Positions 1-7,621 of a stretch of 64,000 bases of DNA are shown piece after piece; positions within the stretch are counted from its first letter, which is position 1; every line of letters starts with the position of its first letter. Source of the stretch: Escherichia phage A4. The notes under the pieces are model-generated. The model was not told where the DNA came from, made no database searches, and saw nothing but the letters and a program-made list of their open reading frames with translations. Made by a program: the position numbers and the translations under genes. The stretch lies in sequence record ON286972; one strand, given 5' to 3'.

Positions 1-74
1 ATGGTATTGAGGTAAAAACTAAGTACACAAGTGACGATTATGATGATGATAATTCTATGGAGATTGAAGATTGA
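1..74 (+). CDS. 3' end of an upstream gene entering the window (partial)
   Basis: Frame open from position 3 to TGA at 72-74; no start inside the window. Confidence 0.3.
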   Translation, partial: GIEVKTKYTSDDYDDDNSMEIED

Positions 75-640
75 AAGCAAAAGACTTAGCAGCACTGTTG
101 ATGCAGAATCCTGAAATGGAAGTGTATCATGAGCACATGCACATTGATGATATGTGTGAGGTTTACTATTCTGCTGAAAATGTCACTGGTATTGAAATTA
201 CTCCAAGTGGTGTATTCATCAGTACTGAACGTGTTGATTTCAATTCCCAGCAAGAAATCAAAACTCCACATAATAAACCTCGCATTGGTGCTATTGACCT
301 AGTATTTCATCAGGACCGTTTGGTAGAATATGATGAAGACGATGGTACTACCAGAACTGATGTTGAGAATGTTGTTTTTCGTTTTTATAATGCATACGAA
401 GACCCAACTACTGGGGAAGACTTCTTCCGTGAGCTATTCGAGGATGGTCAAGTTTATGGTCAGGATGGAACAGTTTTTGTTCTGGACCCTAACTATGAGC
501 CAGATCACAATACATGGCAATTCTATACACCACAAGATGTAATGGAAGTTAAAGTACTGACTTCTGTTGACGATGCGTGGAATCCAGTATATACTTCAAT
601 GACCTTTGAAGAAGCACGTAATTTCTTTGTAAACAAATAA
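71..640 (+). CDS. hypothetical protein
   Basis: 189-aa ORF; TTG start with GGAG 8 nt upstream (alternative ATG at 101); overlaps upstream stop. Confidence 0.5.
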   Translation: MKAKDLAALLMQNPEMEVYHEHMHIDDMCEVYYSAENVTGIEITPSGVFISTERVDFNSQQEIKTPHNKPRIGAIDLVFHQDRLVEYDEDDGTTRTDVENVVFRFYNAYEDPTTGEDFFRELFEDGQVYGQDGTVFVLDPNYEPDHNTWQFYTPQDVMEVKVLTSVDDAWNPVYTSMTFEEARNFFVNK

Positions 641-655
641 TAAGGATTCAAATAT

Positions 656-937
656 ATGAAAATTGTTGGCGTAGCATGGATGTTGATGAATGATGGTACT
701 AAAGGCTTTGAAGAATATGCAATCCTTGAAAATGTAAATGATTTAAAGCATTTCAAGAAAACCACTGACGATGATACATTCGATATCGTCTATACGTACC
801 AGCTTATCCCTAATGACACAGACTACGAAGCATTTGAGTATGATTCTGATTTGTTTAACTCTGTAATTATGGATTCAGCAGAGTCCCTTGATGAAAATGC
901 AGTACTTCTAATGTTGAGTACAGTACCAGCAATGTAG
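656..937 (+). CDS. hypothetical protein
   Basis: 93-aa ORF, ATG preceded by AAGGA. Confidence 0.5.
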   Translation: MKIVGVAWMLMNDGTKGFEEYAILENVNDLKHFKKTTDDDTFDIVYTYQLIPNDTDYEAFEYDSDLFNSVIMDSAESLDENAVLLMLSTVPAM

Positions 938-944
938 AGGTTTT

Positions 945-1442
945 ATGTATACAATTATATTATTGCGTAGTTCATATGGTGAATCTGATGGTGCAACTGA
1001 TGGTATAATGAGTTTTGATTACGCACATAGTACATCAGATGCGATTGATACCATTAAAGAGATTGTACGAACTGAACATTACCGTGTACGTTCTGAACCA
1101 TCGAATGCATTTGCCGATATTGCAATCACTGCATTGTATAATGGTAAAGTTTTTAGTACGTACCCACAATATTCTGAAGATATCTATATAGTTGCTGAAG
1201 CACCAGAATTCAGTACTGAAGAAGAAAAGTACATTTTCAATGTTGGTGATATAATGTTTTCAGAAAGTAAGAAAATCACAAAAAATCATGCTTTCTGTGA
1301 ACGAATTAAAAACGAAGAAAATGCATTAGGTAAAAAGTTAAAACCACTATACGCTAGTATGTTACGTGAAGAACAAGAACGCAAACATCTGGAGGAACTA
1401 ATGAAAAAGTATCCTGATATGGTGAAAAATTATGGCACTTAG
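945..1442 (+). CDS. hypothetical protein
   Basis: 165-aa ORF, ATG preceded by GAGG; contains one copy of the TTCAGTACTGAA palindrome. Confidence 0.55.
   Translation: MYTIILLRSSYGESDGATDGIMSFDYAHSTSDAIDTIKEIVRTEHYRVRSEPSNAFADIAITALYNGKVFSTYPQYSEDIYIVAEAPEFSTEEEKYIFNVGDIMFSESKKITKNHAFCERIKNEENALGKKLKPLYASMLREEQERKHLEELMKKYPDMVKNYGT
1209..1220. repeat. 12-bp palindrome TTCAGTACTGAA
   Basis: Exact copy inside a CDS, in the F-S-T-E frame. Confidence 0.8.
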
Positions 1443-1767
1443 AGGTAGTAAGAAATATAATGCTTTTGAAACATACGTTTCGAAAGATGGAAAACTACAC
1501 CGAGATTTAAAGCCTGAGTGTAAGGTATTACTTGATACAGTGCGTGATGCACCTTATGGTGGTAAACGCCGCAAATTGATTTATGAAATTCTGAAAAGCG
1601 GTGCAGAATTACAGGTTAATGGAAAACATTGTGTCCAAACGAAGAATGATCCTGATATCTTACGTCTTCTTAAAGAAGGTAAGATTGAAATGTTCAATGA
1701 AGGTGTTTCTTATTACGGACAAAGAGTAAAATGTAAACATACTTTTTTGAGAATTAAAAATGGATGA
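1432..1767 (+). CDS. hypothetical protein
   Basis: 111-aa ORF overlapping the previous gene end. Confidence 0.5.
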   Translation: MALRGSKKYNAFETYVSKDGKLHRDLKPECKVLLDTVRDAPYGGKRRKLIYEILKSGAELQVNGKHCVQTKNDPDILRLLKEGKIEMFNEGVSYYGQRVKCKHTFLRIKNG

Positions 1768-1930
1768 AACAGATATAGAATTACTAATTCAAAATAATCT
1801 TAGTGTAGAAATAGAATCAGAAGATGTAGAACTGTGGAATAGTGATGGTAGTACTTCACCACATAAACGCATTACTGTAAAATTACTATACGGAGGTAGT
1901 GTAATTAGTACAACAGAAACAAGTTTATAA
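1760..1930 (+). CDS. small hypothetical protein (56 aa)
   Basis: ATG overlapping the preceding stop (ATGGATGA); fills the gap before tdk; below the ORF-track size cutoff. Confidence 0.3.
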   Translation: MDETDIELLIQNNLSVEIESEDVELWNSDGSTSPHKRITVKLLYGGSVISTTETSL

Positions 1931-1944
1931 ACTAAGGATTGGTT

Positions 1945-2529
1945 ATGGGTAAACTTATTTTCTTTAGTGGGAGTATGTCATCAGGAAAGAGTACACATCT
2001 TTTACAGAACGCATATAACCACAAGAAGAACGGGATGAAAGTCATCTACTTAACGAGTGCATTAGATGATCGTTATGGTACTGGTAAAATAACATCGAGA
2101 ATCGGTATAGAATCTGAAGCTCAAGTTATTCCAAAAGATGACCTAAGCGTTATTCATGACGTAATAAAACTATTACAGGTTGACAATGATTATAATAGTA
2201 TCTACGTTGATGAATGTCAGTTTTTAAATCGAAAACAAATTGATTTATTAGCCGATATTGCTGATGAGCATATGGTTGATGTATATTGTTATGGTATTAA
2301 AACCGATTTTGAATCAAATACATTTGAAGGTTCTCAAAGGTTATTTGAAATAGCAGATGAGATCCATGAATTAAAGAACGTATGTGAAAATCAAAAGTGC
2401 GGAAGAAATGCCATAATGAATGCTCGCATCGTAGATAGTACTGATAAAGTGTTTATTGGTGGTGATGAATCATATAAGAGCCTGTGTAGAAAATGTTATA
2501 AAAACTATATGAGGAATAAAAATGGTTGA
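1945..2529 (+). CDS. tdk: thymidine kinase
   Basis: P-loop FFSGSMSSGKST and overall collinearity with bacterial and T4 Tdk, C-terminal Cys pairs; ATG at 1945 with AAGGA upstream (track ORF starts at TTG 1939). Confidence 0.9.
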   Translation: MGKLIFFSGSMSSGKSTHLLQNAYNHKKNGMKVIYLTSALDDRYGTGKITSRIGIESEAQVIPKDDLSVIHDVIKLLQVDNDYNSIYVDECQFLNRKQIDLLADIADEHMVDVYCYGIKTDFESNTFEGSQRLFEIADEIHELKNVCENQKCGRNAIMNARIVDSTDKVFIGGDESYKSLCRKCYKNYMRNKNG

Positions 2530-2755
2530 TAAACTACTTAAAAATATTGCAGTACGCTTGTTGGATGGTTTTGTTGATACAGTGAAACTACTATTCAGTA
2601 CTGCAATGAGCATTTTAGTAATATTGATGTTCGCATTAGTATTACATTTTGTACCAGTATGGATTGTAATTACTGCAATTGTCGTTCTACTTATCATCAT
2701 CTCGTACTTCACATATCGTGAAGATTTGCAAGAGTTGCTTGATAAAGATGACTAA
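2522..2755 (+). CDS. small membrane protein, holin-like topology
   Basis: 77 aa, two hydrophobic helices and a highly charged C-terminus (REDLQELLDKDD). Confidence 0.4.
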   Translation: MVDKLLKNIAVRLLDGFVDTVKLLFSTAMSILVILMFALVLHFVPVWIVITAIVVLLIIISYFTYREDLQELLDKDD

Positions 2756-2763
2756 AACTTTAT

Positions 2764-2790
2764 ATTCCTCACTATGTGGGGAATATTTTT
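2764..2790 (+). terminator. rho-independent terminator
   Basis: ATTCCTCAC / GTGGGGAAT stem (one G-U), 3-nt loop, ATTTTT tail. Confidence 0.5.
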
Positions 2791-2801
2791 AAGGTAATAT
2801 T

Positions 2802-3263
2802 ATGATTAATCGTGAAATATTGCAATGCTTGTATCGTTTGGTTGATGTTTGTAAAGATACTAATCTATTGAAAATGGATTTTTATGAACACAAAGCTAAT
2901 ATATTAGCTGAAATTCTTGGATATACAAATCCTCAATTCCGATACTATGACGGTGCGATGTTTAGTGCATTTGATGGTAATTATTCAGTCCAATGCGTAG
3001 CACAAGAGTTATTTTATGTGTGGGATGACACAACGAATTGTCAGGTTATGATCGAAGTTAGATATCCAGATGGGAGTAATACACCAATGGGTGAATATAA
3101 TAGATTAGATACATTTTATGCATTACAACCATCCACACCTACACCTGTTCCATATCCTAATATTGAATCTGAAATTATCCATTATGAGATGATTCAGAAA
3201 TGTAAATCACTCTCAACTTATGATGAGATATATTTTCCATTAGTTTTTATAGGATCTAAATGA
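2802..3263 (+). CDS. hypothetical protein
   Basis: 153-aa ORF after a terminator hairpin. Confidence 0.5.
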   Translation: MINREILQCLYRLVDVCKDTNLLKMDFYEHKANILAEILGYTNPQFRYYDGAMFSAFDGNYSVQCVAQELFYVWDDTTNCQVMIEVRYPDGSNTPMGEYNRLDTFYALQPSTPTPVPYPNIESEIIHYEMIQKCKSLSTYDEIYFPLVFIGSK

Positions 3264-3646
3264 TGAGATGGAAAAAGAGACATACTAAACGATTTACTGA
3301 GATCGTCAAAAAGTATTATAATTCTAAAGATAGTTTTGCATCTATGTTGTATGAAAGTATTACACCTAGACGTTATCCACAATGCTATGTTAATGTAAGA
3401 AACAAAAGTAAGAACCGATATACAGTAGAGTTATATGGGGAAGGTACTACATTTCTTGGGACTCGTATTTCAGTACCTTCTTACCTGTACTCACGAGTTA
3501 AACGCAGTCGTGTTCAGGGTGTACTAGTCGGATATCAAATGTTGTCCATTGATGAAGTTAATGATAAGCTCACACGAAACTTTTCTTACACAGATTTCGA
3601 AATTCATGATATAATCTTAGATATCTTATCAGATTTGGGGAATTGA
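3260..3646 (+). CDS. hypothetical protein
   Basis: 128-aa ORF overlapping the previous stop. Confidence 0.5.
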   Translation: MMRWKKRHTKRFTEIVKKYYNSKDSFASMLYESITPRRYPQCYVNVRNKSKNRYTVELYGEGTTFLGTRISVPSYLYSRVKRSRVQGVLVGYQMLSIDEVNDKLTRNFSYTDFEIHDIILDILSDLGN

Positions 3647-3695
3647 CCGTGGTATACGTAGAAGTCTTTATGTTTGATGTTAAAAAAGGAAAAAA

Positions 3696-3830
3696 ATGAT
3701 GAAAGGATTAAAGAAATTTGGATCGGATTTTGTTAAGTGTATTCGCTACACTTATGATGCAAATCCAGAAATGACCGCCATTGTCGGTGTGTTTATTACA
3801 TTAGTTGTGTTAAGCTTTGTAGTGGTGTAA
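3696..3830 (+). CDS. small membrane peptide (44 aa)
   Basis: ATG-initiated ORF with a C-terminal hydrophobic helix, fills an intergenic gap. Confidence 0.3.
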   Translation: MMKGLKKFGSDFVKCIRYTYDANPEMTAIVGVFITLVVLSFVVV

Positions 3831-3833
3831 AAT

Positions 3834-4037
3834 ATGATTGAAATTAATGCTGATATATATTGTAGTGCATCACCCAATTACTTCATTTATGCACTAAGTA
3901 CATTTGGTGAAACTGAAGGTGAAACTTTTGTTTTAGTAGATAATACTACATGGTACAAAACAAGTAATAAAATTCCAAAAGATGTTTTGGAAACATATGT
4001 TCGTATTGAAAATAAAAACATATATGTACATTTATAG
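3834..4037 (+). CDS. hypothetical protein
   Basis: 67-aa ORF. Confidence 0.4.
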   Translation: MIEINADIYCSASPNYFIYALSTFGETEGETFVLVDNTTWYKTSNKIPKDVLETYVRIENKNIYVHL

Positions 4038-4044
4038 GTAAAAT

Positions 4045-4455
4045 ATGATTGAAATGGAAGGAACTCTGGTGTATGATCCAGACCGTGGCACTATGAAAAA
4101 GAAGAAGGACTTCTGGTTAGTACTGCAACTTCCATTACAGTTGGTTAGATACTACCAGTACTTCATCAGAACTGATCTACACATTGATGTTAAAGACCCA
4201 CAATGGGGAGCACACGTCAGTATTGTTCGTGGTGAAGTGCCACCAAATCCAGAGTACTGGAAAAAGTACGATGGTCAAAAAATTAAAATAAAATTCAATC
4301 CTGATATTGTTCAAGTGAAAGATAAAAAGAAACCAGGCTCGTTCTTTATCATAGAGTTCGATGATGAATTCATTGGACACATTCGCAATGAACTAGGATT
4401 ACAATCAAAGTACTTACGTTATCACCTCACAGTAGGGAGAACGTACTACGACTAA
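4045..4455 (+). CDS. hypothetical protein
   Basis: 136-aa ORF, lysine-rich; no confident family assignment. Confidence 0.5.
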   Translation: MIEMEGTLVYDPDRGTMKKKKDFWLVLQLPLQLVRYYQYFIRTDLHIDVKDPQWGAHVSIVRGEVPPNPEYWKKYDGQKIKIKFNPDIVQVKDKKKPGSFFIIEFDDEFIGHIRNELGLQSKYLRYHLTVGRTYYD

Positions 4456-4488
4456 CCTATAGGTTTGTCATACAATTGGCTAAATAAA

Positions 4489-4508
4489 ATGGGTATTAAT
4501 ATACCCAT
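4489..4508 (+). repeat. perfect hairpin ATGGGTAT-TAAT-ATACCCAT
   Basis: 8-bp inverted repeat with 4-nt loop, no T-tail. Confidence 0.5.
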
Positions 4509-4540
4509 AATTATAACCAAAAGAAATATCAAGATTTTAC

Positions 4541-4568
4541 TTGATATGAAATTGAAAGATGCTATACT
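4541..4568 (+). promoter_or_regulatory. sigma70-like promoter upstream of the LysM/lysozyme-like gene
   Basis: TTGATA, 16-bp spacer, extended -10 TGcTATACT. Confidence 0.45.
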
Positions 4569-4597
4569 ACTTACATGTACAGAATGAAAGTTACCTT

Positions 4598-4609
4598 TTC
4601 AGTACTGAA
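4598..4609. repeat. 12-bp palindrome TTCAGTACTGAA (14-bp TTTCAGTACTGAAA)
   Basis: Intergenic copy between the promoter-like site and the lysozyme-like gene. Confidence 0.8.
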
Positions 4610-4702
4610 AGTATTGTAGAAAGTCCGATGAGGCTTTTGCAAATGGCCTCATAAGCCCTCTTTGTAATTGCTCATCATAACACGCAAACAAAGGAGGCGT
4701 TT

Positions 4703-5629
4703 TTGACAATAGCGATACAAACACCTAAAACTAAGACAGCTATAGGCTTATTAGTTTCACTTGTTATCATCGCTGCGTTTGGATTTTATGGTTTTTCTCA
4801 ACATGATCGTGCATCATCATCGGGCGAAAGTCAGGTGCACAATTTAAAACCGCAAGTTACACAAATTCAAAAGCAGGAATTACCTAAAGGGTATACACCT
4901 AAAGTAGTTCCAGGCAGCGAGAAACATTATACTGTTGAATACGGTGATAGTTATCATTCGATAGCTAAGAAGTTTAAACCGCATAATGTGTTGTTTGAAG
5001 ATTACGTTACAGTATTGAAGAATATCAATCTTAATGCTAAACTTCATACATCGCAGGGTATCTTTATCCCAACAAAAGAGGATTTGAAAGACGTACTGTT
5101 ACCTGATGTGGTAGTACTTTTCGATTATAATGATCCTGAAATAGTTGCACACATCAAAGAAGCTGAAGGTTCAATTGAATTTCAGTCCAAGAACAAAAGA
5201 CGTTTACTTGGGGGAAAAGTTGGAGTTCCTTTCTACAATTCAAAATTTCATCCTTATAAGGATATGAAAGGTAATTATACAATAGGTTATGGACATTACT
5301 TAGGTAAGAACGAATCTGATGCAATTAAGTACAGAAACGGTATTACCAAAGCACAAGCACATAAACTATTACTTCAAGATTTGAAAAGGACATATAATGA
5401 CTTTACAACTCTAATGAAGAAAAAAAATGCAGTAAATCTTACAAAAGACCAACAACGTATTCTCTTTGACATGGCTTACACGATGGGTGTTGATAAGTTG
5501 GCCTCATTTAATAAACTATGGAGAAGTGCTGAAGCTGAAAATCATAAGAAGTTTAAAAGAGAAATCAAAAATTCCTTATGGTATAGGCAAGTAACAAACA
5601 GAGCGGATACTTTGTTAAGCTCAATCTAA
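4703..5629 (+). CDS. membrane-anchored LysM domain plus T4-lysozyme-like (GH24-like) protein
   Basis: TTG start with strong SD AAGGAGG; N-terminal TM helix; LysM-like segment YTVEYGDSYHSIAKKF; C-terminal block YKDMKGNYTIGYGH...WYRQVTNRA matching T4 lysozyme YKDTEGYYTIGIGH...WYNQTPNRA. Confidence 0.7.
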   Translation: MTIAIQTPKTKTAIGLLVSLVIIAAFGFYGFSQHDRASSSGESQVHNLKPQVTQIQKQELPKGYTPKVVPGSEKHYTVEYGDSYHSIAKKFKPHNVLFEDYVTVLKNINLNAKLHTSQGIFIPTKEDLKDVLLPDVVVLFDYNDPEIVAHIKEAEGSIEFQSKNKRRLLGGKVGVPFYNSKFHPYKDMKGNYTIGYGHYLGKNESDAIKYRNGITKAQAHKLLLQDLKRTYNDFTTLMKKKNAVNLTKDQQRILFDMAYTMGVDKLASFNKLWRSAEAENHKKFKREIKNSLWYRQVTNRADTLLSSI

Positions 5630-5643
5630 AAGGAAGGTGAAGT

Positions 5644-5976
5644 ATGCTAAATCTAGTTATTCAAGGTAATGTTGATATTACTCCAGCAATCCATGACGCA
5701 ATTCATCAAGAAGCAAACACTCTAAATAAATTTAGTGATTCTTCAGTACTGAATATTGGTGTTCATGTGAAAAAAGAGCATAAGACACAGTACGCAGTAA
5801 CTTTAACATCAGGTGGTAAGTCTGTTACTGCCGATGATGCAGATTTATACAAGGCGATTGTCGATTCATTCGAAAAAATGGAAACTGTATTCAGTAAAGA
5901 CAAAAGCATTAAATTGCACCGCCGAAACCATCCAGACCGTCCAGTTGTAGTTGATGTAACTGACGAAGAAGAGTAA
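5644..5976 (+). CDS. hpf: ribosome hibernation promoting factor (HPF/YfiA family) homolog
   Basis: 110 aa; N-terminus MLNLVIQGNVDITPAIHDAI parallels E. coli HPF MQLNITGNNVEITEALREFV; similar length and overall pattern. Confidence 0.75.
   Translation: MLNLVIQGNVDITPAIHDAIHQEANTLNKFSDSSVLNIGVHVKKEHKTQYAVTLTSGGKSVTADDADLYKAIVDSFEKMETVFSKDKSIKLHRRNHPDRPVVVDVTDEEE
5742..5753. repeat. 12-bp palindrome TTCAGTACTGAA
   Basis: Inside hpf, in the S-S-V-L-N frame. Confidence 0.8.
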
Positions 5977-5983
5977 TATAATA

Positions 5984-6012
5984 AAGGGACAGATTAATTC
6001 TGTCCCTTTTCT
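5984..6012 (+). terminator. rho-independent terminator after hpf
   Basis: AAGGGACAG / CTGTCCCTT stem, 7-nt loop, TTTCTT tail. Confidence 0.6.
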
Positions 6013-6027
6013 TATGGAGTTTTAATT

Positions 6028-6441
6028 ATGAATTATGCTTGGATGGAAATTGTAAAATCTCTCGTATCAACACATGATGTTGATTTACCAGATAGTCTAG
6101 TGTTTAATAGATGGTACTATCCAAATCCAGAGGACTGTAGGGTTGGAATTGGATTTTTTATTAATGATAAATCTAATTTGATTGGATTAATTGAAGATAT
6201 GAAATCCAACGCAGTATCAATCTCTATTGAGTTTAATGAAGACCACATAAAATACTACGACAATAAAATGGCAGAAGATGATGATGTTATAATCCCTGTA
6301 GATATAGACGAAGCTTCATTTTTTCAGTTATCATTGATTTATGATCTATCTAACATTACTTATGATAATGTGAAAGACCTTTTTATATTGTACAATAAAA
6401 TGTATAATTACTTTTTAAGACCTTTTTATATTGTACAATAA
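6028..6441 (+). CDS. hypothetical protein
   Basis: 137-aa ORF; its 3' end runs through the 43-bp tandem duplication. Confidence 0.5.
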   Translation: MNYAWMEIVKSLVSTHDVDLPDSLVFNRWYYPNPEDCRVGIGFFINDKSNLIGLIEDMKSNAVSISIEFNEDHIKYYDNKMAEDDDVIIPVDIDEASFFQLSLIYDLSNITYDNVKDLFILYNKMYNYFLRPFYIVQ

Positions 6442-6460
6442 AATGTATAATTACTTTTTA
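6375..6460 (+). repeat. exact 43-bp tandem duplication (2 copies)
   Basis: AGACCTTTTTATATTGTACAATAAAATGTATAATTACTTTTTA at 6375-6417 and 6418-6460; each copy carries an extended -10-like TGTATAAT. Confidence 0.85.
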
Positions 6461-6476
6461 TAATGGAGGTATTGTA

Positions 6477-6662
6477 ATGGAATATACAATAGGTGCAATA
6501 GTATGTATCGCAGCATTATTAGGTGGCATTGGTGTGATGATTTACTTTGATGCAGAACCCAGTACTGAAATGGGTACAACCCTGGAACTCAAACCTGGCA
6601 TTAAGGTGAACGACTCTTACTGTTACGATCCACATAGTAATAAGTATGTGATTTGTTTATGA
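6477..6662 (+). CDS. small membrane protein
   Basis: 61 aa, N-terminal hydrophobic helix, GGAGG RBS. Confidence 0.4.
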   Translation: MEYTIGAIVCIAALLGGIGVMIYFDAEPSTEMGTTLELKPGIKVNDSYCYDPHSNKYVICL

Positions 6663-7069
6663 AAAAGTTTAATATTAAACCGATATTTGATGCTATCGAA
6701 ATTAAATTGAAAGACCAACGAAAACCCGATGGTACTGGTTTATTCTTTAGTTTAGATAGAACCTACGTTGAAACACATGTATCAAGTTTTGATAGAACTG
6801 GTAATCTTTTCATCCGTTCATATAACATGTTTTATAGTGAAGATGTTTTTATGATAGATATCACTTTAGATGAAAGTATAGGTTTGATGTACATTGAAGA
6901 TGTTCAATCAAACGATCAACGAAACGGCACACTTCCTATTGGTGCTACCGAGGAAGAGTTTATGCAATATCAGTTCATTGATGATACCTTTGGTATTGAC
7001 TTTGTGACATATCAGAGTATAATGCGTGTATACGAACAGTATGAGGATTACGTAATTGGACGTTACTAA
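6659..7069 (+). CDS. hypothetical protein (paralog A of a tandem pair)
   Basis: ATG at 6659 overlapping the preceding stop (track starts at TTG 6653); C-terminus homologous to the next gene (QYQFIDDTFGIDF vs QYMFIDDTFSIDY). Confidence 0.55.
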   Translation: MKKFNIKPIFDAIEIKLKDQRKPDGTGLFFSLDRTYVETHVSSFDRTGNLFIRSYNMFYSEDVFMIDITLDESIGLMYIEDVQSNDQRNGTLPIGATEEEFMQYQFIDDTFGIDFVTYQSIMRVYEQYEDYVIGRY

Positions 7070-7478
7070 AATACCCAAATTCAACGAAACGTTAAAGTAC
7101 TTTTCTGAACAAGAGTTCAGTACTGAAAGACGTGGTTTAGTCACATACAACCAATATCGCGTAATGTATACTAACCAGTTACAAGGAACAGTACGTATTA
7201 AAATCCGTAATGCATATGATGATGGTGATGAATTATTAATTATACTAAGAAAAAGTAAGATAGAACTACAATACCATAGATTTGATACTTCCGATGAGTT
7301 TGCATGGAATGTGTTAGAAAAGAAAGTAGGTTCATTGCCTGTAGTTGATGATGGACCTGAAACACTTGATCAGTACATGTTCATTGATGATACATTTAGT
7401 ATTGACTATTCTTCATTTCAGTATATACTATCTATACATAAACAATATGAATCCCGCTTGCGTGACAGATTAATTTAA
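7056..7478 (+). CDS. hypothetical protein (paralog B of a tandem pair)
   Basis: TTG start with GAGGA upstream; C-terminal similarity to the preceding gene. Confidence 0.5.
   Translation: MDVTKIPKFNETLKYFSEQEFSTERRGLVTYNQYRVMYTNQLQGTVRIKIRNAYDDGDELLIILRKSKIELQYHRFDTSDEFAWNVLEKKVGSLPVVDDGPETLDQYMFIDDTFSIDYSSFQYILSIHKQYESRLRDRLI
7116..7127. repeat. 12-bp palindrome TTCAGTACTGAA
   Basis: Inside a CDS, in the F-S-T-E frame. Confidence 0.8.
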
Positions 7479-7489
7479 TTGGAGGCTTT

Positions 7490-7612
7490 ATGATTGCAAT
7501 GTTAGAAGAAGATTGGGGTGTTTCTGAACAAGGAACCGACGAATATCAAGTTCCAGAATACAAGCCAAAAGGCTTCTGGGAAAGTCTGCGTGATTGGTTG
7601 ATGGGAGAATAA
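7490..7612 (+). CDS. small hypothetical protein (40 aa)
   Basis: ATG with GGAGG RBS; acidic/tryptophan-rich; below the ORF-track cutoff. Confidence 0.25.
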   Translation: MIAMLEEDWGVSEQGTDEYQVPEYKPKGFWESLRDWLMGE

Positions 7613-7621
7613 GATTAGAAA

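Noticed and set aside
6375-6460. CRISPR-like array
   Set aside because: Only two abutting identical 43-bp units with no spacers; this is a tandem duplication, not a repeat-spacer array. No CRISPR array was found in the window.
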